64,000 nucleotides of DNA, from NCBI GenBank assembly GCA_963845755.1, contig CAWJTV010000039.1:32001-96000 (forward strand). Direction: 5' to 3'. Positions 12,713 to 43,029 of this stretch are shown piece after piece. This DNA comes from an uncultured Planctomycetota bacterium (GTDB taxonomy: Bacteria > Planctomycetota > Planctomycetia > Isosphaerales > Isosphaeraceae). The first letter of the stretch is position 1; each line of letters begins with the position of its first letter. The notes under the pieces were generated by a model, which saw nothing but the letters and a program-made list of their open reading frames with translations, was not told the DNA's origin and ran no database searches. Both the position numbers and the translations under genes were made by a program.

Positions 12713-15700
12713 CTCGCTCTCCGCCGCGAGGTTGGCGCTATCGATCCGGCAATTGCAGAACGAAAACGCCGACGTTGAACTGCTGGCGTCCGAGCCGGTC
12801 GCGATCGTCGGCTTGGGCTGCCGATTCCCGGGCGGAATCAACTCCGCGGCGGGCTACTGGCAGTTCCTGCGACGCGGCGACACGGCCATTACCGAGGTGC
12901 CGAAGGACCGGTGGGATGCGGACGCCTGGTACTCGGCGGATCACCTCTCCCCCGGCAAGACGAACGGTCGCTGGGGCGGATTCCTCGAGGGTGTCGATCG
13001 ATTCGACCCCGCGTTCTTCGGCATCGCGCCTCGCGAGGCTCTCGCCATCGACCCGCAGCAGCGGCTGCTGCTCGAAGTCGCCTGGGAAGCGCTTGGCGAC
13101 GCGGGGTACGCGCCCGAGAATCTCGGTGGTAGCCCGACCGGCGTCTTCTGCGCGATCTACAGTTCCGATTACGCCCGCCTCCTGCTGAGGGATCGCGCCG
13201 CGATCGACTCCAACACGTGCGCCGGCGCCGCCAACAGCATGGCCTCGGGGCGGCTTGCGTACCTGCTGGATCTGCGCGGGCCCGCGATCTCCGTCGATAC
13301 CGCGTGCTCGTCCTCACTCGTCTCCGTCCACCTGGCCGTGCAGAGCCTTCGCACCCGAGGTTGCCGGATGGCGATTGCCGGAGGCGTCAGCCTCAGACTG
13401 GCGCCGGAGCACTATCTGTGCCTTTCCCGTCTCAACATGCTGTCGCCCGACGGGCGCTGCCATACGTTCGACGCCCGCCGCGAACGGTTTCGTGCCGGGT
13501 GAAGGCTGTGGGCTCGTCGTGCTGAAGCGCCTCGCGGACGCGCTCGCCGACGGCGATCGGATTCTTGCCGTGATCCGCGGGAGCGCGGTGAACCAGGACG
13601 GACGGTCCCAGACGCTGACCGCGCCCAACGGCCGGGCGCAGCGTGAGGTCATCCGGGCGGCGCTGGCCAATGCACGGGTCCGGCCGGCGGAGATCGGCTA
13701 TGTCGAGACCCACGGCACGGGCACCGAGCTGGGCGATCCGATCGAGGTCGAGGCGCTGGCCGACGTGCTCGGCGAGGGCACGACGCCCTGCCTCCTCGGC
13801 GCCGTGAAGACGAACTTCGGTCACCTCGAGGCGGCATCCGGCGTCGCCGGACTGATCAAGGCCGCGCTGACCCTCGAGCACGAAGAGATCCCGCCCAATG
13901 CGGGGTTCGAGGTACTCAATCCACACATCTCGCTGGAGGGCACCCGATTCGCGATTCCGATCGAGCCCAGGCCGTGGCCGCGGGGCCCCGAGCCCCGGTT
14001 CGCGGGGGTCAGCTCGTTCGGTTTCAGCGGCACCAACGCCCACGTCGTGCTGGAGGAGGCCCCACGCGTCCCCGTCGGGGCCGTCGAAGCCGCGGGTCTG
14101 AACCTCCTCACCATCTCGGCACGCACACCCGCGGCGCTCGACGCCCATGTCGAGCGCCACGCCGGGTATCTCGATGCGACGTCGGAGTCGGCCTCCGCGA
14201 TCTGTGCCGCGGCATCGCAGCGCCGTGCGCACTACGAGGAGCGCCTGGCCGTCGTCGGCGGTTCCAGAGCGGAACTGCGGGATCGGCTGCGCGACGTCCT
14301 CGCGGGCCGGCCGGCCTTCGGCATCGCGGGGGGTCGCGCCCGCTGGATCCCGGAGACGCCGCATTCGTATTCTGCGGGCAGGGGTCGCAATGGGCGCGGA
14401 TGGGACTCGGGCTGCATCAACGCGAGCCGGTGTTCCGTGCCGCCCTCGAGGAGTTCGATCGCCGGGTACACGAACGTGCCGGCTGGTCAGTCCTGGAGGT
14501 GCTGGCGGCGGATGAAGCGGACTCGCTCCTCGACCGGACGCAGTATGCCCAGCCCGCCATCTTCGCGGTCCAGGTGGCCCTCGTCCGGCTGTGGGCGGAG
14601 TGGGGCGTCGCGCCGTCGGTGGTGATCGGGCACAGCGCGGGAGAGGTCGCCGCGGCCTGCGTCGCCGGCGCGCTCGACCCGGACGAGGCGGTCCGCGTCA
14701 TCGTGCAGCGCGGTCGGGTGATGGAGGCCGCCGCCGGTCTCGGGCGGATGGCGGCCGTCGCGTTGCCCGAGGGGCGGGTCCGCGAGGAACTCGGTGCCCT
14801 CGACGGTCGGGTCGGCGTCGCAGCCGTGAACTCGCCGGTCTCCACCGTCGTCTCGGGCGAGCCGCAGATGGTCGAGCAGCTCGTGCGAGGGTGGACCGGG
14901 CAAGGCGTCGCCGCCCGGATGCTCCCGGTCGATTACGCCTTCCACTGCGTCCAGATGGAGACCATCGCCGACGCGCTGGCCGCCCGCCTCGGCCGGGTCG
15001 CGGCCCGAGGGCACGAGATCGCGATCCTCTCCACGGTCGCCGGCGACGAGGTCGCCGGGGGCGACCTACAGGCTGATTACTGGAGGCGCAACGTCCGTCA
15101 GCCGGTGCTGTTCCGTCGGGCCATCGGGCGGGCTCTGGCACGCGGCATCCGTTGCTTCATCGAGGTCGGGCCGCATCCCGTCCTGCATTCGGCAATCGCG
15201 GAGTGCGCGGCCGAGACGCACGATCGGGTCGTCGCCGTCGCCGGACTGCGCCGGGGGGCTGACGAACGTTCGGCGCTCCTGGCCGCGGCCGGAGAGCTGT
15301 ATACACTGGGCCACAGGCTCAACTGGCCGGCGATCTGCGGCAAGTCGCGACGCCCGGTGCTCCTGCCCGCATATCCCTTCGAGCGGCGGCGATGCTGGAC
15401 AGCCTCGCGACCGGATTCCGCCGGGCGATCCGCATCGGAGGCGGGACATCCGCTGCTGGGCCTTCCGCTCGATTCGCCAGCGCTCCGCGGCCGGGTGTGG
15501 CAGTCGGAGATCGCGGCGGATCACCCGATGATCCGCGACCACCGGATCTCGGGCTCGTGCATGCTGCCCCTGGCCGCCTATCTGGAGATGGCGCTCGCGG
15601 CGGCCGGCGCAGGCCATGCACTGGTCGAGGTGACCGTGAGCGAGCCGCTGCCGCTACCGGACAAGCGGGTCGTCGCCGTGCAGACTGTCGTGGAGGGTGA

Positions 15701-18700
15701 CCGCTTCGAGATCTACTCTCGGGCCGAAGCGACCTGGAAGCTCCATGCGACGGGGCGACTCGATCGGGCCGCCCAGGCACCGCCGGTACTCGGCGCTCCC
15801 CCTGGCCTCGAGCCGCTCGACGTCGCGGGATTCTACGAGCGGCAGGCGCGGCGTGGCCTGGAGTTCGGTCCCGACTATCGCACGATTCGCTACCTCGAGG
15901 CCGCATCCGGCGAGGTCCGCTCCTCGGTCTTCGTCGGCGAGGCCTCACACGTGGCCTGTCGGGTCGAGCCGGCGCTGCTGGACGGTTGCTTGCAGTCCGT
16001 GATGGCCGCGGTGACGGGCGACGACGAGCTCTACTTGCCCATCGGGATCGATCGGCTGGAGGTCTACCGCCCCGGGGCGACATCCGGACTTTGCCGGATG
16101 CGCCTCCAGCCCGCGTCGAACGCCGAGACGCTGTCCGCGGATTTCGAGATCACGAGCGAGGCAGGATCGGTCATCGCCGCCGGCTCAGGTCTCCACATCA
16201 AGCGCGTGCGCGCCGCGCGGTCGACCTACGAGTTTCGCTGGGAGAGCGGCCCCGGCGTCTCCGCCCCGCGGCGCCGCGCCGGCCGCTGCCTCGTCGTCGG
16301 CGATCCGGCCGGTGCAGCGGCAGCCCTCCGGCTGGAGCTGTCCTGCCTCGGGGCCCCATCCGCGTTGATCCCCGCGCACGCCTGGCCCGGCGATGTCGAG
16401 ATCGCGCCCGAAGATCGGGTCGTCCTGCTCGCCGCGGATGCAGTCTGGGACAACGGCGCCGACCCGACCGGAGCCGCATCGGACGCCTGTCGCATGGCGC
16501 TCGCGGTCATCCGGCGTGCCGCCGAGTCCGCCGGCGAGGTCTGGCTGGTCACCCGGGACGCGCAGCGGGCGCGTCAGGGCGACCTGTGCGAGGGGTTCGC
16601 CCAGGCCACCGTCTGGGGGTTCGCTCGCACGGCGGCGCTCGAGTACCCGGATCTCCGTTGCGTCCGCGTCGACCTGGACGGCAGCGGTGAAGCGATCGGG
16701 TCGCTCGCGGCCGAGCTGCTCGCCCCCGCGGGCGGGGACGATCTCGCCTTCCGGGGCCGCGATCGCTACGTGGCTCGCGTCGTGCCGGTCGCCCTGCCTG
16801 AGACCGGATCGCGACGGCTGACGATCCGCACCCGCGGTTCCATCGACCATCTGGAATACGGGTGGGTCGTGCGGCGCAACCCGCTCGCCGGCGAGGTGGA
16901 GGTCGATGTCGAGGCGTCGGCGCTGAACTTCCGCGACGTGCTCAACGTGCTGGGCGCCCTGCCCGGCGAGCCGGGTCCGCTCGGGCTCGAGTTCTGCGGG
17001 CGCATCGCTCGCGTCGGTCCCGACGTCCAGGGCCTCCGACCTGGAGATCGGGTCCTCGGCCTGGCGTGGGGCAGTTTCGCCGATGCCGTGGTCGCCAGGG
17101 CGGCGGCCGTCGTGCCAGTGCCCGAGGGACTCGATCTCGAGGGCGCGGTCACGTTGCCCAATGCCTTCGCGACGGCCTGGCACAGCCTGGTCGTCGCCGG
17201 CGGGGTCAAGCGTTCCGATCGCGTGCTGATCCACTCGGCAGCCAGCGGTGTCGGCCTGATGGCCGTGCAGATCGCGCGGCACCTGGGCGCGACCGTGTTC
17301 GCCACGGCGGGCAGCGAGTCGAAGCGCGATTACCTCCGCTCGATCGGCGTCGAACGCGTGTTCGATTCTCGCGCCCTGGGATTCGCATCCGAGGTCCTGC
17401 GTGCGACCGACGGCCGCGGCGTCGACCTGGTGCTCAACTCGCTCGCGGGCGAGTTCATCCCCGCCGGCCTGTCCACCGTGGCCCAAGGCGGTCGTTTCAT
17501 CGAGATCGGCAAGACCGGCATCTGGGACGAGTCCCGCGTGGCCGCGCTGGGCCGCGGGATCCGGTACACAGTCGTCGACCTCGGGCCTCTGCTCGACCGA
17601 CAGCCGGACGTTCTCCGATCGTACCTGAACGAGATGACCCGGCTGCTGCAAGACCGGGCCATCCACCCCCTACCGAGGCGGGTCTTCGGCTTCGAGGATG
17701 CCGCCGCGGCATTCCGGTACATGGCCCAGGCACGCCACACGGGCAAGGTCGTGCTGCGCCATAGCGGCGCGTTCCGGACCGAGGGTACCTGGCTGCTCTC
17801 CGGAGGCATGGGCGCGCTCGGCCTGGAGGTGGCCCGATGGCTTGTCGACGCCGGTGCATCGCGCCTGATCCTCGTCGGGCGGAGCGGGCCCAGCGCGGAC
17901 GCCCGCGCGGCCCTGGTGGCCCTGCGCCGCCGGGGAGTGGCGGTCGAGACCCTCGCGCTCGACGTCGGCGACGCCCGGGGCCTCGCCGAGGCCGTCTCGG
18001 GTCGGCCCCTGACCGGCATCGTCCACCTGGCCGGGCTGCTCGATGATGGCATCATCGAGCACCAGTCGTGGGACCGTTTCGCGCCCATCCTCCGGCCGAA
18101 GGTCGAGGGCGCCTGGAACCTGCACGAGATCGCCGGCGGAGAAAGCCATTTCGTCCTGTTCTCGTCGGCCGCCTCGTTCCTGGGCTCGCCCGGGCAAGCC
18201 AGCTATGCCGCGGCCAACGCGTTCCTCGACGGCCTGGCGGCCTATCGAGCCGCGCGCGGGCAGCCCGCGGTGGCCGTGAACTGGGGCGCCTGGGCGGAGA
18301 AGGGGATGGCCGCGTCGGTGATGGGCCGGCGGACCTTGGGTTTCATCCGGCCCATGTCAGCGACCGAGTGCCTTGCCGCCCTGGGTTCCGTGCTTGCCTC
18401 GGGTCGGAGCCAGGTCGCGGTTCTCTCGGCCGACTGGGGGGAGTGGGGCGCGATGGCGGGGTGCTCCCGGGTCGCGTTGGCCATCCCCGCGGCGGCGCCC
18501 GGCGCGACGTCCCGGCCTTGCCGGGCATCGCGAGCAAGCTAGAGTCGACCCCGCCATCGCGCCGGCGGAGCACGCTGGTCGAATACCTGCGAATCGAGGT
18601 CGCCCGCATCCTCGGCCTCGGCGACAACCATCCGATCGACGAGCGGGAGCCGCTCACGCGCCTCGGGCTCGATTCCCTCATGGCCCTGGAGTTCAGGAAC

Positions 18701-18904
18701 ACCCTGGCGATGGCGTTCGAACGACAACTGAGCGCCACACTCCTTTTCGATTGTCCCACCCTGAGCGCCCTGGCCGGTAGGCTGCTCGAGGCGGAACCCG
18801 GCAGAGATGGGGCCGGGCGTGACGGACTGCTGGAGGAGATCGCAGCCATGTCGGACGAAGAGGCCGAGCGACTCCTCGCGGAAGAAATGGGGAGCGGCAG
18901 ATGA
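12705..18904 (+). CDS. Type I PKS module KS-AT(malonyl)-DH-ER-KR-ACP, frameshifted
   Basis: KS DTACSSS; AT RTQYAQP, GHSAG, YAFH; DH HRISGSCMLP and DGCLQ; ER LNFRDV, IHSAASGVG; KR LLSGGMGALG, LDD, YAAAN; ACP LGLDSL. Confidence 0.92.
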
Positions 18905-21900
18905 GTGAGCTCGACATCGACGCGCTGTCGCCGGCCAAGCGGGCCCTCTACGAACTGAAGGCCAGGCGCGCCCGGGACGTAGCCTCCGGGGACGGCGCCG
19001 AGCCGATCGCGATCGTCGGCGTGGGCCTGCGCTTTCCGGGGGGCGCCGGCGACGTTGCGTCCTACTGGGACCTCCTCGCCCGCGGCATCGACGCCGTCCG
19101 CCCGATCCCGCCCGATCGGTGGGATCGCGATGGCTACTACAGCCCCGACCCCGATTCGCCGGGTCGGATGTACACACGAGACGGCGCGTTCCTCGACGCG
19201 GTCGACGGGTTCGATGCGCCCTTTTTCGGTGTCTCCCCGCGCGAGTCGGAATCCATGGACCCGCAGCAACGGCTGCTGCTCGAGGTCGCCTGGGAGGCGC
19301 TCGAGGACGCCGGGCAGGACCCGCGGAAGCTCGCCGGGACGCCCGGGGGCGTGTTCCTGGGGCTGAGCAACTGCGATTACGCGAGGCTCGTCTACCGCGA
19401 CGCCGAGGCCGTCGGCCCGTATGCGAGCACCGGCACGAACTACAGCGTCGCCGCCGGACGACTCTCGTTCACTCTCGGCTTGACGGGGCCGAGCCTGGTC
19501 GTGGACACCGCCTGCTCGGGGTCGCTCGTCGCAGTGCACCTCGCCTGCGGGAGCCTGCGTGAGGGCCACTGCCGGCTCGCGATGGCCGGGGGCGTGAACC
19601 TGATCCTCGCGCCGGAGATCCACATCAACTTCTGCAAGGCGCGGATGCTCTCCGCCGACGGCCGGTGCAAGGCGTTCGACGAGCGGGCCGACGGCTACGG
19701 GCGCGGCGAGGGCTGCGGCATCGTCGTGCTCAAGCGGCTCTCGGACGCGACGGCCGACGGCGACCGGATCCTGGCCCTGATCCGCGGCTCGGCGGTCAAC
19801 CAGGACGGCCGGTCCAGCGGCCTGACCGTCCCCAACGGACCGGCCCAGCAGGCCGTCATCCGCCAGACCCTCCGACTGGCCCGGCTCGAACCCGGTGATA
19901 TCGACTTCATCGAAGCCCATGGCACCGGCACATCGCTGGGGGACCCGATCGAGGCCCACGCCCTGGCCGCCGTTTTCGGGCCCCGCCGCTCCCGTCCCCT
20001 GGTCGTCGGGTCGGTCAAGACCAACCTCGGCCACCTCGAGGCGGCGGCCGGCGTCGCCGGACTGATCAAGGTCGTCTTGTCGCTTCAGAACCAGTTCATC
20101 CCCCGGCATCTCCACTTCGGCGCGATGAACCCGCACATCGACTGGGCGGGCACGCCCGTCGAGATCCCCGTCGAGGGCATGGCCTGGCCCCGGGGCGACC
20201 GGCCGCGCCGCGCCGGGGTCAGCTCGTTCGGTTTCAGCGGCACCAACGCCCACGTCATCCTCGAAGAGGCGCCCCCGACGCCCGAGGCGGCCGGCAACTC
20301 CCGCGACCTGCACCTGCTGGCCATCTCGGCCCGGACCCCGGAGGCCCTCGACGAGCTGACCCGTCGCTACGCCGAGCGAGACCTGGCCGTGGGGCTCGGC
20401 GATCTCTGCTATACCGCCGCCGTTGGTCGCGCCGACTTCGCCGAGCGTGCCGTCTACCTGGCACGCGGCGGCGGCGAGCTGCGGGCGAATTTGGAGAAGC
20501 GGCACGCAGTGGCCCGCGGTCGCACCGGCGGGACCCCGAAAGTCGTCTTCATGTTCACGGGCCAGGGCGCCCAGTATCCCCGGATGGGCCACCAGCTTTA
20601 CGAGACCGAGCCCGTCTTTCGCGCGGTCATTGACGAGTGCGGCGCGGACGAAGTGCTGTACGGTGCGGCGACGGGCCATCTCAACCAGACCCGGTACACT
20701 CAGCCGGCGCTGTTCGCCCTGCAGTGCGGCCTGGCGGCGCTGTGGAAAAGCTGGGGTGTGGAGCCGGCGGCAGTTCTCGGCCACAGCGCCGGCGAGCTGG
20801 CCGCCGCCTGCGCCGCCGGCATCCTCTCGCTGACCGACGGGCTACGCCTGGTCGCCGCCCGGGGTCGGCTCACCGGGGGTCTGCCCGAGGGAGAGGGGGC
20901 GATGTCCGCGATCCTGGCCCCCGCAGAGGAGGTCCGCCTCGCTCTCGCTGGCTTCGCCGGATCAGTCGGCATCGCGGCCTTCAACGGCCCCGAGAATGTC
21001 GTGATCTCCGGTCGGGTCCGCGACCACGATCGGATCGCCGAGCGATTCGCACAGCGGGGATATCGGGTGGAGCGGCTGTCGGTCTCGCACGCCTTCCACT
21101 CGCCGCTGATGGAGGTGGCCAGCCGGGCGTTCGTCGACGAGGTCAGGGGGGTTGCCTTCGGCCCGCCCCACGTCTCGTTCATCTCCACGGTACTGGGGCG
21201 GGAAGCACGCCCGGAGGAGATCGGGCAGCCCGATTACTGGCGTCGCCAGGTGCGTGATAGCGTCCTCTTCCAGCGCGCGATGGAGGCCCTGGAGGACTGC
21301 AATGTCTTCGTGGAGATCGGGCCCGGCTCGACGCTGTTGGGTATGGGGCGGGAGCTGATCGGCCGCGACTCCCGATTGTGGGTCGCGTCCCTCCGCCGCT
21401 CCCGCCCGGACGCCGAGCAAATGGCCGAGGGCCTGGCGGAACTCTACGTGCGGGGCGTCGAGGTGGACTGGGCCGGCTATCACCGGGGCCGCGGCGGCCG
21501 GCTCACCTCCGCGCCGACCTATCCGTTCCAGCGGCAGCGATACTGGTTCGGGGCGGGGCCCGAGGGGCCGTCGCCTGAGGCGATCTGGGACGCGGCCTGC
21601 GAGGCCGGCCGCCACCAGGCCGGCCGGAGCCGCCTCGATCTGGACCTCGCCACCTACGGGCGCTCGTTGGCAGGAACTTGATCAGCTCAGCGGCGCCTAC
21701 ATTCGAGCCGCCCTCCACGACCTGGGGGCCTATCGGGTCGCCGGCGAATCCCATACGGTCCAGGGCCTACTCGCCGGCTGGGGGATCCAGGGGACCTATG
21801 CCCGGTTGATCCGGCGCTGGCTCGACCGGCTCGCCTCGGAAGGCGCCGTCCAACGGGTCGGAGAATCGTTCGTCGCGCGCCATCCTCTCGAGCGGCCCGA

Positions 21901-23158
21901 TATCGCCCCGCACCTCGAGCTGGCGGCCGCGGTCTTCGGTGCCGATCGGATCTTCCTCGACTACGTCGTCGCCTGCGCGTCGCAGCTCGTCCCCGTCCTC
22001 ACGGGGGCCGTGAGCCCGCTCGAGACGCTCTTCCCCGGCGGAGACTTCTCGCGCTCCGAGGGTCTGTACCAGCACTCCCCGCTATCCGCCTACTTCGCGT
22101 CGATCGCCCGGGCGGCGCTAGAGGGAATCGTCCGGGGGCGTCGCTCACCGCTCCGCGTGCTCGAGATCGGAGCCGGGATCGGCGCGACCACGTCGGCGTT
22201 GCTGCCTGCGCTGTCGGGCACGTCCTCCGAATACGTCTTCACCGATGTCTCCGAGATCTTCCTCCGGCATGCCGAGACGAAGTTTTCCTCCTGCCCCTTC
22301 CTGAGCACGCGGCTCCTGGATATCGAAGAGCCCGACGCGGCGGCGGGCGGCTTCGACGTCGCGGTCGCCACCAACGTGCTGCACGCCACACGCGACCTCG
22401 ACCGCACGCTGGAAAACGTCCGGAAGCTGCTCGCCCCAGGCGGATACCTGATCCTCTGCGAGGCGACGACGTATCTACCGTGGTTCGATATCACGACCGG
22501 CCTGATCGGGGGCTGGCAGCGGTTCGAGGACGACTGGCGGCGCGATCATCCGCTCGTCTGCGCCGGGGACTGGCTGCGGGCGGCTCGAGGCGGCGGGTTT
22601 CGAGCGATCACTCTGCCTGCCCGAGCCGGAATCGCCCGCCTCGATCCTGGGCCAGCACGTGATCCTGGCGCGGAACGAGGGCACCGGCTCGGCGAGCCGA
22701 CTCGCCGCGGAGCCCGCGCGGCCGACCGAGTGCGACGGCTCGCTCGACGATTCGATGCTCGTCGCCCTGGGCGCGGCCACCGGTTCCGAACGTCGCGAGC
22801 AGCTCATCAATCTCATACGCCGGGAGTTCGCGGTTGTCCTCGGCGTCGCCGATCCCGAGATGCTCGACCGGCGCTCCCGCCTCATCGACCTGGGAATCGA
22901 TTCGTTGATGGCCATCCAGGTTCGAGCACGCCTCGGCAGGGCGCTGCGCCAGGATCGCCCGCTCCCGGCCACGCTGGTGTTCGACCACCCGACGATCGAG
23001 GCATTGTCCCGGTTCCTCGAGACGGAGATCCTCGGGTTCAAGGAGGCTCCGGTCGTCCCGGCGGAGGCCTCCCCGCTCGCGCAACAGGTCGCGGACATGT
23101 CCGAGGCCGAAGCCGAGGCGCTCCTGCTCGAACGAATCGAATCTTCGCGGATAATTTC

Positions 23159-23162
<4 letters not shown>
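18901..23162 (+). CDS. Type I PKS module KS-AT(malonyl)-MT-ACP (no KR), frameshifted
   Basis: KS DTACSGS; AT GHSAG, HAFHS; MT VLEIGAGIG, YVFTD, NVLHAT; ACP LGIDSL in ORF 22659-23162; no KR Rossmann motif. Confidence 0.88.
19701..19862 (+). repeat. KS-internal repeat, near-identical to 23971-24132
   Basis: Direct comparison by eye (GCGCGGCGAGGGCTGCGGCATCGTC...GGCCGTCATCCG), offset 4270. Confidence 0.85.
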
Positions 23163-35701
<12,539 letters not shown>

Positions 35702-35919
35702 ACAAGGTGGCTGGAAGGCAGGCACACGCCGTGAACCCCGATCCGGCGTCGCAGCAGACCGCCTCCGGCAATGTCGGCGCGACGGCTCGTTTCGCTCGGG
35801 ATCCCACTGTCACTCCCGGCGGAATGCCGCGGGGGTGACGGGGTCGGCGTCGTCCCGGAGTTCCTCGGACGGCGAACCATGGGCTCGATGTGGGGACCCG
35901 AACTGTGGAGGACCTAGGT

Positions 35920-41268
<5,349 letters not shown>

Positions 41269-41273
41269 CGGCG

Positions 41274-42687
41274 ATGAGGAGCGAGACCCCGTTGAATCCG
41301 AACGCGGACATGATGACTGCCGAGCAGAAGCGCGACCTGCTCAAGCGACTCCTGCGGAGGGAGCTCGAGCTCGAGCGGTATCCGCTCTCGTATAATCAGC
41401 GCCGCCCTCTGGTTCCTCCACCGCCTGGCGCCGGCGTCGGCCAATTACAATGTGGCGATCGCCACACGTGTTGCACCGCCGCTTGACCTCGGAGTCTTCG
41501 AACACGCGCTGCGTCAGGTCATGGCTCGACACGAACCACTGCGCTCAGTGGTCGGCGCAGGACTCCGCTGGACCCTGGCAGCGGCTGACGTCGGTACCGC
41601 CTGCAGTCGAGGTGCACGATGTCCGAGGCATGTCGCCAGGGCAACTTCAGGGTCTCGTCGAGGCCGATTATCGCCGGCCGTTCGACTTGCAGGGACGTCC
41701 GCCGTTGCGGATCTCGGCCTACCGTGGGACCGACCACGACGTGATTCTGATCAATGCCCACCATCTCGCCCTCGACGCTCAATCCTTGCTCGTCCTCATC
41801 GAAGAGTTGCGATCGGCGTACGAAGGGACGGCCCTGCTGCCGCTGACAGCGGCTTATCGTGATTTCGTCTACTGGCAGCGGGACATGCTCGCCAGCCGGC
41901 GCGCCAGGGTCCTCGAGGAGTACTGGTCCGAGCGTCTCGCGGGCGAACTCCCCGTCCTGAACCTGCGCTGCGCCGAAGGCGCCCCGAGATGCCCTCCTAC
42001 ACGGGAGGCTCGGTCCCTCTATCGATCGAGCCCCCGCTGCTCGAATCGTTGCGGGCACTCGCGCGCCGTGAGCAAACCACCCTGTTCACCGTTCTCCTCC
42101 TGGCCTGGAGCACGCTCCTGGCCCGCGAATCCGGTCAGTCGGAAGTCGTCGTCGGCACGCCGGTCTCGGGCCGTACACGCCCGGAATGGGCCACGATCAT
42201 CGGCTGCTTCGTCAATACGCTCCCCCTGCGCGTCCGCGTCGATGCCTGGCAACCGTTGGAGCCTCAACTTCCGTCGGTGATCGAGACGGTGCGCGGTGCA
42301 TTGGACCACCAGGATCTCCCCTTCTCGTGCATGGTCAACCTGCTCAAGGTGTCGCGAAGCGCCACGCACTCCCCGCTCTATCAGACGATGCTGAACGTAG
42401 TTCGCGTTCCCCGCACGGCCGGATTCGAAGACCTGTTCCTGGCCGATCACACGGGTGGCATCCCCTTCGGCAACTCCCGCATGCGAACGTTACCTCTCGC
42501 CCAGCAGCAAGGTCAATTTGACTGGTCGCTCGAGCTTGCTGAGTTCGAGGAAAGCATGGAGGGCAACCTGAAATACAGCGACGATGTCGGGACCTTAGAT
42601 GATGCAGTGCGACTCGCCCGTTTGCTTCTGTCCCTCCTCGCGGAGATGATTCCCGGGCGTGACGAACGTGAGGAACTGGCGATCTGA
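41274..42687 (+). CDS. Stand-alone NRPS condensation domain protein, frameshifted
   Basis: YPLSYNQ..LWFL (C1), RPFDL, HHLALDAQS active site, IGCFVNTLPLR, HQDLPF; no A or PCP domain; ends RDEREELAI. Start could also be ATG 41310. Confidence 0.85.
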
Positions 42688-42919
42688 GGGCTCGTCGGCC
42701 GGCTCGCAAGCTACCACCGAGGTCGGGCTGGCACAAATCAGGGGCGCATCGCTCATTCTTCCCCCACAGAATATCGCTCCCGGCGTCGTCCCCGAGCCGA
42801 CTCGGAGCTTCGGTGGCCGGTCCGCGACCGGACCAACCGGCTGCGGAGCGATCGGTAGCCGGGTTGTCACCGTATCCTCGGTACCTGTCAGGGTCATTAA
42901 ACGCGGATTTCCGCGGGCC

Positions 42920-42950
42920 GGAAAATAATCAACGATCCGCAAGAGGGCTA
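42920..42950 (+). repeat. Left inverted repeat of IS
   Basis: GGAAAATAATCAACGATCCGCAAGAGGGCTA versus reverse complement of the right end, GGAAAAAATACAATGGTCCGCGACAGAGCTA. Confidence 0.75.
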
Positions 42951-43029
42951 GGAGCCCCGGTGTTATTGGATGTAAGCTCTTGACTGGTCTACCTCATCAA
43001 GGATTTCGCAACAGCAGGGAGGTGTCAGG

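Noticed and set aside
42595..42942. Short ORFs between the C-domain gene and the IS
   Set aside because: No motifs or RBS; they overlap the gene end and the IR.
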